Counted from the stretch's first letter, positions 1 to 14,865 are shown. The stretch: DNA of 64,000 nucleotides from Octopus sinensis (GCF_006345805.1 NC_043005.1:101866001-101930000); one strand, 5' to 3'. Notes: a model not told the origin generated them from the sequence alone. Numbers and translations are program-made.

Positions 1-1290
1 AAGTGAATAGGGAACGAAATTGAGCCTGAATATCAGGTCAATAGTGTATTAATGCCACGTCACCTTTAACCCTTATCTCATCAACATTTTGATACTCTGA
101 CTCGTTGAAACACTTTATTCACTTTCAATAGATTTCCTTAAAGTTGCTTTTGTGAGAGAACTTCCACTTCTAAAAAGTTTCTTTCATGCCTTCATCAGAT
201 ATGAACATATCTGGTAAGAGAAAGTTGATCTTTTACTGGCCGGCCATTGAAAGAAGTCAACTTTGTAGTTATTGCTAATTACGAAAGTCAGCTGCTCCGG
301 TTTTACGATTCTTCCAAAGGATTTTCCGAGGCTACATCTGTAAAGAAAAACAGTATTTACAATGGTATTAAGTATTCGGATAATTGGATGTCAACTACTG
401 CTGCTGGTGAATAATTCTCCAATTCTGGACGCCATTCGTCATAATTCTCATTACTATTTCTATACATATATCAGTTCAAATATCCGTCGAGGTCAAGTTT
501 GTCTTTCATCCTTCCGGGGTCGATATAATAAAGTATCAGTCAGCAACTAGAATCGACTTTAATCAGTAATACCCTTCACCTTCTATTAACGTGTACCCAT
601 GTGCGAAAATGGGTTAGAAGCGAAAATGTCAATATATCATTGGGATAAGAGCCATAATCGGAAAATATAAATTTCTAGTTAATGAAGATGGCAGAGTAGT
701 CTCAGTATCAACTTGCAGTGAATGCACTTTCTTTACACAATTCTGAAACGAAGAAAATGATGGAAGCCAAATAGACACCCATAAAATGTACAGAAACAAC
801 ATCTTTGGTAATGGAAGAATGAAGGGAAAAGTAATTCTTACATATGTCTGTATAATCAGGACGCAATGAACTTGGTCGTCCTTCTTGCTTAAATTCACGT
901 TTACTTTGACTGAGCCAGTCTATATTTAAAGGCATTCCAGCCATGGCCACTGTTGTCTAGAAGTATGTTTATGATTACGTTATTCTTTACCATATTTTCC
1001 CACAACAAAAAGATTTCTGTGCGATTCTGTTGCTATTTCTGGTAGGTCGAGTGACGTAGCAGAGTGAGTCTCATATAATTGGTTAATTTCTGCGTATACT
1101 GGGACTTCCGAGATGAGATCGAACGATATCGATTTCTCGTTCATTTGGGAGTGGATGAAGCAAGAATTTGAGCGAATACTTAGTTCCATCAAGCTCTAAG
1201 TTTTTGTCATCTCCATAGTAACCACCTTTACCTTTCAGCCTATCACCATTAAGAACCACAAATTGAAAACTCAGAAAATAAAAAATACAC
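1..1290 (-). pseudogene. Decayed Penelope-like element reverse transcriptase region
   Basis: Fragments across frames resemble PLE RT motifs: SNSCFI...ISFDLIS.VPV (980-1192), AMAGMPL (708-950) and VDTETTLP (629-898). Many stops and frameshifts. A CTGATGAAGG...GAAAC motif lies downstream at 177-198. Confidence 0.55.
470..560 (+). mobile_element. SINE family B central-domain fragment
   Basis: TTCAAATATCCGTCGAGGTCAAGTTTGTCTTTCATCCTTCCGGGGTCGAT matches the B body. Confidence 0.65.
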
Positions 1291-1554
1291 ATACGGAAGC
1301 ATGTATATATATATAAATATATGTGTGTGTGTATAGGGAGGGGTGTCTGAAAATTTTGAATCTGCCTTTTCTTGTTACAGGTATACATATATAGATAGTT
1401 TGCACAATAAAACCCAAGGTTTTATATGTTTCAACCGTTGTCTACACATCCGGTAGGGTCAAATCATTTGAACGTTACACAATGTTTTCTATATTGTGAT
1501 TCACTTGATATCATCTGTTGATTCACATTTTCTCTCTCTCTCGTTCTTTCATTG

Positions 1555-1616
<62 letters not shown>

Positions 1617-2338
1617 TCATATATACTGACATATGTGTATATATATATATAATATATATATATATAAATGACAGAGAAAAAGAAGAAAATGGAGAAATTA
1701 ACATGCAGATATCAGTTTATTTAAATATATTCAAATATGTATGGTGTATATGGGTGTGTGTGTGTATATCTGTGTGTAAATATGTATGCATTTGTGTGTG
1801 TGTGTGTGTGTGTATGTGTGTGTATGTGTGTGTGTGTGTGTGTGTACAGATAGAGAGAGGTGCAATGGCTGAGAAAACTAATGAATAAAATACAAGTATC
1901 GAAATATAGATAGGTGTAGGATTAAAATAACTTTGTATATGACTGCATGAGAAAATCAAGACGAGAGGATGCGAGACTGTAAAAAACAGAAAGCAAAATG
2001 TATAGAGAGCGAGAAATGGACATAGAAGTAGTTATAGTGTCATGTGACTAAAGAGAGATGCAAAAAAGGGGAAGCGATAAAGGAGAGAGTGGTAGTGTGA
2101 GTGTGTACGCATGCGTGAAGGAGAATATATGATGAGTTTGTGGTCATCAAAGTTTGAAGAAATGTGAGAATGTGATCGATTCAATCAAAATTGAATAAAT
2201 CTGTTTTACTGATTGGCCTATTGTTGTATTGGAATATATACATATGTACATTCGTTCATACGTACACATAAACAAATAAATAAATATATACATACATACA
2301 TACTTACATAACTTGTATGTCTAGAAATATATAGATAT

Positions 2339-2417
<79 letters not shown>

Positions 2418-2789
2418 TATATATAATACATATATGTATATATGTGTGTCTGTGTGCGTGCGTATGTGTGTGTATGTATAAACTGATATTTATATGTATA
2501 CGTATATATAGTCTATACAACATATTTAGAAAGCTATCAACCTATCTTTCTCGTATGTCTATGTCTATCACATTTCTATAATTGTGCGTATATGTCTATT
2601 TTTGTGGATGGGTTTATATACTAGTGCGTATTATTATGTATCTACACATCCTTAGCAGACATATAAGTATATAACACAAAATGTCTAATGTATTATGAAT
2701 AAAACCTTACATCAATATGTCTGTCATAGAATTTTAAGTTTGCTTGTATGTAGGCGTGTAACTGCTACGTATAATTTCTGCATATTTCC

Positions 2790-3085
<296 letters not shown>

Positions 3086-3399
3086 CACTTGCATAAGCAC
3101 GCCAAAATACATAAGCAAAGATGAACTAGGATGTAAGCACGTGGATATATAGATACATCCAGTTATAGATGTACAATCGATATGTACGTATATAGAGATG
3201 TTGTGGACACGTATACATATTTACACATATATATTGATATACAGATGCGAGTGATGCATCTCTGCAGGCGATTTATCAAAGTAGTATTTCCTACTTTCAA
3301 CTAACTTTTAAGTAAAATTTCACCGCAATTCTCTGAAGCACTTTGACAACGATTTCAATGGTGGAACTTTTTCAAGTTTTCGCTCTAAAGTATTGCGTT

Positions 3400-3480
<81 letters not shown>

Positions 3481-3833
3481 TGCCCTGTAGCTTTTCTTTC
3501 TATCGCATTATTTATTTCGTCATATAGTCATACACAGTAGTACAAACACACACACATCCACACACTCACAGACACGTACACAAATGTGATTGATATTTGA
3601 AGGTTTTCTGTGTATGTGATATACGAATGTTTAAACGCATATCAACGTATGTGCTGATCTATGTCGCAGTGCATCATGTATGTACATGTGTGTGCGTACG
3701 TGTGCGTGTTAGTATGTGTGGTGTGTCTGTGTGTATGTTTTGTGTATGTGTTGTTAATATCATTTTCACTATCTACCTCTTTTATTTACAAGCATATACA
3801 TACATACATACATATATACATATATACGGAGAA

Positions 3834-3868
<35 letters not shown>

Positions 3869-4199
3869 TAGAAAGAAAGGGGAAAAGAGAAAAGTGAAGC
3901 ATTCAACAGATATTTCAGAAAGCAATTATAAATTTTGCGCATGTGATATCACGTACGGTTACACGGTGTTTCATATAACGTACATTTTCTCAGGCAGAGG
4001 TGTTTTGAACATAATAGTGCTAGAAGATATCCTTCCCCTTGACTGGACATATGGCTTTTGTATATCATGCATGACTTTGGTAAGGGAGTTCGACACATGT
4101 GAGAGATAAGTTCCGGTAGAAATATCGCTGTTTTATGAAAAAACATTCTTCTACGACTAATTTTGCCCTGTTAAGCCAAGCTCACGTTTAGCTCCAAGT

Positions 4200-5130
4200 C
4201 AGAATTTGATTTGATATTTGTTCAGTTTGGAATTCAATGGAATCAGGCATTGATTTGTATTTAAAGTTTGAAAGACTGAACTGTGAAGACGATTTTGTCA
4301 CTCCTATTTAAGGATTTGCTGGTATAATCAGCATTTCAAAATTTTCAGTTTTGTAAAATTTGTATATATTACTGATTCCATTGTATATGTTACCATTTCC
4401 ATGAAAAGGTCAAACGATGACCTTATCGACGTTGATCTGCTTTGTAATAACATCGGTTACACTATTGCATTTAGGATTTCCTATAATCTGTTGTATGATA
4501 CGGAGTTTCCTGTACATGAATGGATGTAGTCGCTATTCTGATAATGTATTCTATTAACTTTAAACGGGCCATTTCATTTCTGTGTATCTATACACCAGTA
4601 CCTTTAACAGATGGAAAGTTTACTGTATTGCCACAGTGCATCCAGGTTACTGTGGCTGTCTGGCGCTGCGAGATGTTGATTTGTTGTCCAAATCTGTTAT
4701 TATATTATACTATACCTTTATAAAGACCTAACTTTATTTCTAAAGAATGTCTTTTCAGTAATATTATATTCTATCAGCGTTGTGAAAGAAGGTGTCTATC
4801 TACCAGTCAGAGAAAGTTCCTAGATAAGTTTGCCAATGTATTTGTGATATATGGTGGGATATGCCATTATATCTTCCGGTTTCTATGTTTGATACGTTCC
4901 GGTATTAGTTGCGCTACGTAGTTTAATTTGTACCGAAGCCACTTCTTCTTAAGGTTCCATTGTTCTGAACAGCAGCTTCATTGAACATTTCCTAATCTGA
5001 TGACAAATTTATTATCCGTTCCTTAATATTGTATTCGATGCAGTCAAAATGTGTAATTGGTTAGAAACTCATTCATGTATATTACTTCTATACTTGGATT
5101 TAAGAAGTAATAGTGCATAGTGAAGTTTAT
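4200..5130 (-). pseudogene. Decayed Penelope-like element (RT thumb, linker, GIY-YIG region)
   Basis: Manual translation gives SNQLHIL, IKERIINLSSD*EMFNEAA...LRRSGF and HRNRKI*WHIPPY...NFL*LVDRH...FFRN. These match the PLE pattern SNHP..RIS.LSS..F..AA..SGF..RKIIWFNPPY..FL.L.DKHF..IFNRN. Confidence 0.65.
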
Positions 5131-6344
5131 ATATAGTGTTTAATTCATAAAACCTGACCGAGTGGGCCAAGTACTTTTGTAGCTGTCATGACGCCTGTGC
5201 GAAAAAGCTATGGTGGAGGAGGCTGAAAACGCCGAAGACAGACATGTTTCTTCTTCGCCAAGCACTCATCATATTTTTCAAGTTATACTGCATAAGGAAA
5301 ATTAAAATAGAGCATAAAAAAGCGGATTACCAACAAATTTGCTGAAAGTTATTCGATACACGCATGCCTGTTCCGTGTAAACGGGTCTGCTATGAGCGTG
5401 AGCCGTAGACGGGCAAACGGCAGCTTGGAGAGGTCACTTGATTAGTTTGTAAGGTTAGCGTAGTTTTGCGCAAGGGTTCCTCGAGTATCGCCCAGAAAAC
5501 CTTTTGATTTTATTTCTCTCACTTTTAGATTATGTAATCAAGATCTTTTTCTCAAAACTTGTGGTAAATAAAGAATGCACCTTCCTATTCTTCCTCCTCC
5601 TCCTCCTCCTCGTCATCATCGTCGTAGTCATCCTCCTCCTCCTCCTCCTCCTCCTCCTCATCATCATCATCATCGTCGTCGTCGTCATCATCATCTCTGT
5701 TATTGTCGTCCTTGTTCTTTTAAATAGATATTTCCTCAGCCGCCTAAAAGTTGGTTGTACCAACCACAGAACAATTAAACAAAAGATTTAATGGTAACAA
5801 GATATGGCGTCAGACCCAATAACAGTAGTTCGATAGAGTTTGCTGTTAATGTTGCTTCAAAAGGTTGCAATTTTGAAAAAATTTGAAAAAGCATATTGTC
5901 AGAAAATATTTTGTATCTGCCACACTTTCAATACTCAAACTGCACGAGGAGACCTATGTTTGCGCGTTATTAACATCACGCCCTGTAGGAATAAATAAAA
6001 TGACAGGAGAATGTTTATCAAATTTACACAAAACTGTTTGATTACATATACTTCTTCTTCTTATTTTTGTTTCCTTTTCCTTTCTTCAGCTTTTCACAGT
6101 CTTTTTCTTTTCGCCGGTTATAAAAACGAAACTTCAAGACTCATGATGTCATTCCAGCGTGTTGTTCTCGTTCCTATTTTGGATTTGAATTTCTATAATT
6201 TTATTATTTTTAACTCGACAAAGTCAGGCTCGCCGTGGAAATGTCGTTCAACCAATAAAATATCTTTTGCAATCCCATCCTGCTCTTCCTCTTGTTTGTT
6301 TACTTTTGTGAAAGGTTACGTCAATACTTTTAAAATATTATTAT

Positions 6345-6352
6345 ATCATCAT

Positions 6353-6399
<47 letters not shown>

Positions 6400-6454
6400 T
6401 ACTACTACTACTACTACCACCATCACCACTACTACTACTACCACTACCACCACC

Positions 6455-6495
<41 letters not shown>

Positions 6496-6516
6496 CACCA
6501 TCATCATCACCACCAT

Positions 6517-6554
<38 letters not shown>

Positions 6555-6575
6555 TTATCATCACCATCGTCATCA
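6345..6575. repeat. (CTA)n/(CAC)n/(CAT)n trinucleotide microsatellite
   Basis: Directly visible. Confidence 0.97.
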
Positions 6576-7042
6576 TTAATATTATTGCTATTTTTTTAAT
6601 AATAATTGTTGTTGTTGGTGCAAATATTATCGTTAATGCTATTTCTTTTATTGAAAATATGTTTTCGAGAGTTCTACAACGTATTTCTAACTTCCATGCT
6701 GCACGATACTTAAGTCTTTATTGCCTTCCCCCCCCCATCACGCACCAAGTAACCTGCTGACAACATCTCATCCAAGATACACCCAAGCTCAAAGCTACAG
6801 CATCAGTAACAACAAGCAATGACAAGAAAACTGTACCTAACCTCCCCGCCACTATCAACACTAGCGCTACATTCGCCCTAGCGTATGTAACTATCATTAC
6901 TCAGTCTCTTATTTGAATGTTCTCATACGACGTAGCTTCCATTTTAGCTAATATCGTTGACTCAAGACTACACCGCACCTAAAATATTTGATATGATATA
7001 CTAAACCACACGAATTCTCAAATTCACTTTTGCACACATGTG

Positions 7043-7109
<67 letters not shown>

Positions 7110-7470
7110 ATATGTATATACAAACAAACACACAATTACAAAAAAAAACACATACATCATACATCTACAGACACAAATTATATCTCAGTCGTAAATGTAC
7201 CTAAAAATGGTTGCTGGTAACCTATATCCTCATCTTTCGAGACTTATTACTGCGACTTAAAAATAGTCAACATGAACCTAGACGAGTATATAATAACTTT
7301 AAAAACAGGTTAGAATACCATGAATTTCTTAGAATATTCTGAGGTGAAACTCCACTCGTAATCCATCAAAGCATCGTATTAAATCTCACTACAGGGTTCC
7401 CTCGAAAAGTAACATTTATTTTTATCTCTCATATCCTGCGGATTAGTGTATAAATCGAATGCTTTTAAGC

Positions 7471-7697
7471 TTTAACTTGTTTCAGTCATTAGACTGCGAC
7501 CATACTGGGGCAGCACCTTTAAGCGAATCGCCCCAAGTAATTATATATGATTTATTCTTTATTCTAAGCCTGGTACTAATTCAATCGGCCACTTTGTCGA
7601 ACCATTAGTTTACGGGGACGTAAACACAACAACACCGGTTGTGAAGACATGGTGAGGAGACAAATACTGACACAAACACACACAACCCCTCCTCCAT

Positions 7698-7731
<34 letters not shown>

Positions 7732-7894
7732 GGCGCACGAGTAGTTGTGTGTTAAGTAGCTTGCTTACCAAACACATGGTTACAGGTTTCGTTCTATTCC
7801 GTGGCGTCTTGGATAAGTGTCTTCTACTGTAGCCTCGGGTGGACATAAAGACTTGTGTGTGGATTTCGTAGACGGACACTCCAAGAAGCCCGTC

Positions 7895-7963
<69 letters not shown>

Positions 7964-8251
7964 TGTGTGTGTGTGTGTGTATGTTTGTGTGTATGCGTGT
8001 GTGTGTGTGTGTGTGTATGTGTGCGTGTGTATGTATATGTTTCTGTGTTTGTGTTTGCCCTCGCAGATCGATTGACAACTGATGTTGGCGTGTTTACGTC
8101 CCCGTAACTTAGCGGTTCGGTAAAAGAGACGATAGAATAAGCACTTGGCTTACAAAGAATAAGTCACGGGGTCGATTTTTCTCGACTAAAGGTATTGCAC
8201 CAGCATGGCCGTAGTCAATTGACTGAAACAAATAAAAAGAATAAAAAGAAA

Positions 8252-8287
<36 letters not shown>

Positions 8288-8405
8288 GAAGGACTTCCTT
8301 CAATTATCATCTCTATCAAATCCACTACGAAACTTTCGTGAATGCGAGGCTATAACACCAGATACTTGTCCAAATTTTCACGCTGCGGGTCGGAGCCTGG
8401 AACCA
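7471..8405 (-). mobile_element. Older SINE family A copy split by the 7731-8252 insertion
   Basis: 3' half at 7471-7690 and 5' head at 8284-8405, both on the minus strand and joined through (TA)n. Confidence 0.75.
7731..8252 (+). mobile_element. SINE family A, full length
   Basis: Aligns end to end with 12565-12968; longer internal TA/TG tract at 7896-8040. Confidence 0.85.
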
Positions 8406-9033
8406 AGGGGTAAAACTAAATTTTTCCATGTAATATGTACCACATGTACAAGTATGCACGCACATGCACACGCATCATTAGATTTGTGTTTGCACGGTCA
8501 TCGTATATTGCCTATATCCTCTAAAGAGTAAAAGATCTCTCTATGCAACCATCAACGCATTTGCAACTGCCTGCGTTATCAACTACATTATCAAATATAG
8601 CTATAACTGTCACATATCTTCTACACAGTTTTAACGGTTCTGTATAACATATACACAGCTATAACTATTTCTGCCTTATCATATAACATAGATGCCTCCT
8701 CATTGCATTGTCATGTACATGGCTTAGATAACAGATATGTTTCGGCCAAACCCCTACACATAAAGTTTTTCAGTTATAACTACGTCTACAATAGAAGTCT
8801 TAGAGTCATAGTCGAATAAGTCATTACGCAATAAGCTACGCAGTTATATCAAACAGTTTCCCTTAACTACCACAGATACAGAAATGAATAGAAAACAAGC
8901 AATAGCTGTTTCAATATGGCGGCCACTATTTCATTCATGAGCAATAACTTCTTGTTTGTATCTAGTAAAGAAGTAGGACGTATAAAATCTTTGTGACTAC
9001 GAATGTGGGTAGCTTTCGATATAATGTATGTAC

Positions 9034-9737
<704 letters not shown>

Positions 9738-10366
9738 ATGCGATAGCTGCTGTGCGTGCGTTTTGCATGTTGGCAAGCAACATCAACGTAAGGAGTGGAA
9801 CAAAAGATAATCAATGCAACTTGATCTACATATGTATAGGTATAATTAATCTTATAGAAATATATATCTTGCTCTTTGAATATGTTTAAAGTATAAAGAG
9901 GTACAGTACTTCATGATTATCGACTAATTGCACGAAATTTGTAACTGTATGCAGATTCATGTATCTCTCTGAATGTATACATACACACACACATATATAT
10001 ATATATACATACATACATATATGTATGTATACACACACACACACATATATATACATGTACATACAAACACACACACATCTATATACATATACATACATGC
10101 TTATATATATATATATATACGCATGCATCCATAATATATATGTTAGAAGAGAGCAGGAAAAGCAGGCAGGGGGGGGGCAAATAAAAACAGACCGGTATGT
10201 GTGTGTGCGAGTTTGTGTGCCTAAGTGTTGATTCATCTTCGTGTATTATACCGTTTGCATAAAATATTATAGACCTAGACGCTGTCTAATTTCGATGGGA
10301 TGCATTCGAATCTCTTAAGTACTTCCCTAAAATTTCTATGGAAATGCATTTTTGTTATATTTTGGA

Positions 10367-10420
<54 letters not shown>

Positions 10421-10427
10421 CATTATT

Positions 10428-10700
10428 TTGACTATGTTTGACTTTTGCTTTACATTTGTACAAGCTGACTCCAAGTCTCACCCAGAGACCACAAGAGACC
10501 TCAAGAGACAACAAGTTGGAAGTTCGTGTTGGTGTTATGCCTAGGGTGCCATATATTTGGTTTTGTACTTAGTGTTGTACTTGTGAACGTCTAAAAAACC
10601 ATACGAACATTATGTTTGTTTTAAAACTTGAGTTACGAAGAAAGTATTTTGCGTAGGATATGAGCAGTTCCCATGTGCACTATCTTTTGAATTTCTGCCA

Positions 10701-10704
<4 letters not shown>
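10428..10704 (-). mobile_element. 3' end of an R4/Dong-like non-LTR retrotransposon inserted in a (TAA)n repeat
   Basis: Encodes the C-terminal EIQKIVHMGTAHILRKILSS*, typical of RLE-type R4/Dong ORF ends, then ~200 bp of 3' UTR. (ATT)n flanks both sides (10370-10427, 10705-10755). Confidence 0.7.
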
Positions 10705-10755
<51 letters not shown>

Positions 10756-11954
10756 GGCCGTCAAACTAGCAAGCCTCGCTTGACTTCGCACCGTAGATTT
10801 TATAAGGAACAAAGCACAAAATAGTGTAGTTGTACCCTTCAGGTTTATGCCGTCGTGCACAGTAAGTTATTTGCTGCCGATTAGTGAGTTTATGTTCCTG
10901 TTTTGTCAATTGATTTTGTTTTGTAATGATAGTTGTTTGTGTTTTCTCCACCAACATGGAGTAAACGCAATAGCACACGGTGAGGCTCATATGAGGAAGA
11001 AGAGGAGGGAATGAGGAGCGTTGCCAAAGGTCAATGAAAGAGTGTGAGCGTGCGAAGCGACTTCGGTTCGAAAAAAAAATGAACAGACGATCGATGTTTT
11101 TTTGTCGAAAAAAAGGACAAAAAGACCAACGGAACCAATTTTTTCGAAAAGGATCTCTTAGAAAATCTTTGGAAAAGCAAAGCCTCCATGTTTAACAACA
11201 TTGTTCGAAATAAAAATAGCAATTTTGAAACTTAAAAATGCGAGATAATTTGTAGGGAGAGACGAAACAGCTGTGAAGTTAAATACCACCCCCGAGACAA
11301 TTCAGGATACCATACGCCGAACAGTAACGTAACGCATAATCAGTTTAAAATGAAATACAGTGAAAAGAGCCACAAACGCTCAAATACAAAAAGCTTTAGG
11401 TTCCGTCTGGTATGTACAGGAATATCTACAGGGCTTGCTTAAAAGTCGCCCTCTATCGGTCGGATTTTGAGCTCTTCATTGGGCGTTAAGCCTAATAATG
11501 AAACTTCATGCATCGAGTACATATTAAATTTTATTAAACTTGACCAATATTTTTCAAGTAATGAACAATTTTCGTCAAAAGAATAGATGATATAATCTGT
11601 TGAATTAGAACAAAGCTTCATGATAAACATTTTCTATCTTCTCATTCGTGGGTAGTAAAATCTTTTTTTCTGTCTAACATCTTTCTTTCTGTTGATTATT
11701 TTCAACCATCGTCATCACCAATACCACCATCATCACCACCACAACTACCATACACACACCATTCAGACTTCTGACACCACCACCACCATCATCAACACTT
11801 TTGACTTCGCCGCCTTTCCCTCCACCACCATCACCACTGTCTTTCACATTCCTTACTATCACCGCCATGATTGATCGTCTCAGCTACCACCACCTCTCCC
11901 ACCATCATCACCGTCGCCTCTGCCTCTATCACAACTACAGCTCTTACTCTTACT

Positions 11955-12480
11955 ATCACCCCATTACCATTTCAACTGTCAAACAGGTATCGACTGGATT
12001 TCGCGATTATGCCAGTCTGGACCTGGTCAAACCGCATTTGGTCGTCCAGATCGTATGTAGAGAAGTTATTCTGTAGAGTAACAGATAAGGATAGCATAGA
12101 TTGCCCACATTTTAAAGTATAGTCAACTACAATAAGTTCAAGATCTGTACAGTCGACTTAGGCTTCTTAGACAGGGACCTGGTTAGGGGACGCTGAACAC
12201 GTCGTTGCCAGCGCGTTAAGATTTCAGTAATCGGATTAGTGAACTAGTTAAGAGGTGGTTGACGGGGGAAATAATCAACAACAAATGGTGGTTGGCACTG
12301 AAAAGGGCGCTTAGATTAGAATCGATAAGTTTTAGCAAAAGACTAGCAGTAGAAAGAAACATAGTAGAGACAGGGCTAGTCAAGAAGTTAGACGAGGCTT
12401 TTAGAAAAGGTATTGACCAGTGCCAGGTCCTTACTGGCAATGACGCGTATGGAACAGATGCAGTTATCGGTTGAGTCCAT
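11955..12480 (+). pseudogene. L1/Tx1-like LINE ORF2 fragment (endonuclease C-terminus and linker)
   Basis: VWTWSNRIWSSRSYVEKLF..D.IDCPHF (APE motif TW.N..SR.DR), PG*GTLNTSL (PGYWKLN.SLL-like) and NKWWLALKRALRLESISFSKRLA. Confidence 0.65.
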
Positions 12481-12564
12481 TGTGAAGATCTGTCGCTTCC
12501 CTTTCGCCTTTCGCTTCCTCTTTGGCCAAAACCTCATAATTTCTATTCAAATATATACATACAT

Positions 12565-12968
12565 AGGCGCAGGAGTGGCTGTGTGGTAAGTAGCTTGCTT
12601 ACCAACCACATGGTTCCGGGTTCAGTCCCACTGCTTGGCATCTTGGGCAAGTGTCTTCTACTATAGCCTCGGGCCAACCAAAGCCTTGTGAGTGGATTTG
12701 GTAGACGGAAACTGAAAGAAGCCCGTCGTATATATGTATGTATATATATATGTGTGTGTGTATGTTTGTGTGTCTGTGTTTGTCCCCCTAGCATTGCTTG
12801 ACAACCGATGCTGGTGTGTTTACGTCCCCGTCACTTAGCGGTTCGGCAAAAGAGACCGATAGAATAAGTACTGGGCTTACAAAGAATAAGTCCCGGGGTC
12901 GATTTGCTCGACTAAAGGCGGTGCTCCAGCATGGCCGCAGTCAATTGACTGAAACAAGTAAAAGAGTA
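12565..12968 (+). mobile_element. tRNA-derived SINE family A, full length, with internal TA/TG microsatellite
   Basis: Head GGCGCAGGAGTGGCTGTGTGGTAAG...GGGTTCAGTCC (A/B-box-like). Homologous copies at 7.7, 38.3 and 59.7 kb. Confidence 0.88.
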
Positions 12969-14269
12969 TAAAAATATATATAACAGTTCTTGTGGTGAGG
13001 TATTTGTCTTAAAGTACATGCAGTTAGGTTCCAGCCTGATAACGTAAACAGATGTAATTAAATAATTCAACCTTTTTTCGTTCAATTCTTTATCTTATTC
13101 TACTGTCTGCTACTTCCTGTTTGGCTAATAATTCGTAGACTAATGGAAAGAATGATCTAAAACGTTATGAAGTCAGTATTGCTGTATAAGACGCTTCACT
13201 TAAATATCGGAGTTCATAGATCCATAACAAGATACATAGATGGCTTTGGACGTAGGAAAGACAGCAGGGGAGCAATAAGTTGACTGAAGAGTGAAATTTA
13301 AAATATTTAATCAGGGATGGAGCAGAAATATAAGAAAGGCCAAAGCCGAGAACACAGTATAAATCCTTAGGATGCATCAAAAGTGTAAGTGGTTAGATCT
13401 GCACCCGTTTCGTGGCATTAGCAGCTTGGGCGGTAAGGAAGATTGTTTGATAAATTGTAGGCTAAAAGAACTCGTTTCCTGCTATTTCGATGGTGAAGGA
13501 CGAGAAACAGTCGGTAGTTACTGAAATTGCGATCGCTAGTCAATACTTTATAAAAGGAGAGTCGCACGTGCAAGCTGTACATAAATTATACATTTATGCT
13601 TCTATAAAGGTATATATGTGCATATGAATGTGCATGTTTATGTGTGCATGTGTATCTGTGCGTGAGTTTATGTATGTGTACATTAGCTATACTTAAATAG
13701 CCAGGAGAAATAATTATATCTAACTACGTAGGCCTAAGGCGCCATCAATTTACGCAATGTCTGTATCAAATTACATGTTCTTTGATAGCATCTACGCATG
13801 CGCAGATCCATTTTTCAGAGCACTTGCACTTTTATATGCATGCAGCTAACGATGACAGTACAGTAAAATCGGAATAGGTTGATATCTCATCGCTAATTTG
13901 CTGTCAGTTTAAATAAATATAAATCTAAGAGATACACAAACCAGATTCCAGTAAACGCCAGTAATCTCTCACATCACAATCACCGTAACTTTCCCAAACC
14001 AAAATTACGACAAAAAAAAAAGGAAAAAAAAGAAAGAAAGAAAGAAAATTTTCCCACCGTTATCAGGAAGTTATTCTCCCTAAATATATAAATATTCTAT
14101 ACACTCAACAAGCGTGTTATATAATTACTTTATTTATATTTCGTGTTTATGTTGATTTGTGTTGCAGTATTTCTTTAATTTTTTCCGTTTGTTTATTTTA
14201 TATTGGTATCAACAATAGATGCTGGTATTTTTATTTTTTCCTCTCTTGACACTAAATTCACCCTGGTGT

Positions 14270-14720
14270 CCTTATGCTGATGGCGATGTTGGTGATCGTG
14301 ATGCTTGTGATAGTTGTCCCAGTGGAAATGGTGGTCTGCTGGTAATAGTGGGGGAGATTGTAGTGGAGACGGTTGTGATTATGGCGGTGATGGCGGTGAA
14401 GGTAGTGCTACTAGTGATGGTCGTAGTTGTAATGCTAGTAGCAGTAATGATGGCGTGTGGTGGTGGGGAGAGGAATGATGACGATAAATTTGGTAGTACT
14501 AGTAGTGGTGATAGTGGGAGTAGTTATGGTGGTAGTGGAGTAGAAAATCGTGGTGGTGGCGGTGGTAATTTTATAGGTCATGGTGTTTAAACTAGTATTG
14601 GTATTGTTGAAGATGGTGTGATAATGATGTTGGTAGTGTTCATGGTGGTGCTGTTCGTGGTGGAATGTTTGTGGTGGTGGTGTGTTGTGGTGGTGGTGGT
14701 GGTGTTTGCGGTGGTGGTCA
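14270..14720. repeat. Degenerate (GGT/GAT/AGT)n trinucleotide low-complexity tract
   Basis: Directly visible; similar tracts at 11700-11960, 25770-26010 and 57160-57300. Confidence 0.85.
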
Positions 14721-14826
14721 TGAGTGTAGCGGTGCTTGTGGGTAACATTTTTGGTGGTTGTAAGCTGCCTGTGTTGTTTGTTATTTTCGCTGAAGTTCAC
14801 ATTTTGTCTGATTCGAAAGATCACAC

Positions 14827-14865
<39 letters not shown>

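Noticed and set aside
13790-13815. ACGCATGCGCAG NRF1-like promoter motif
   Set aside because: A single short motif with no adjacent gene evidence, and easily generated in CA/TG-rich sequence.
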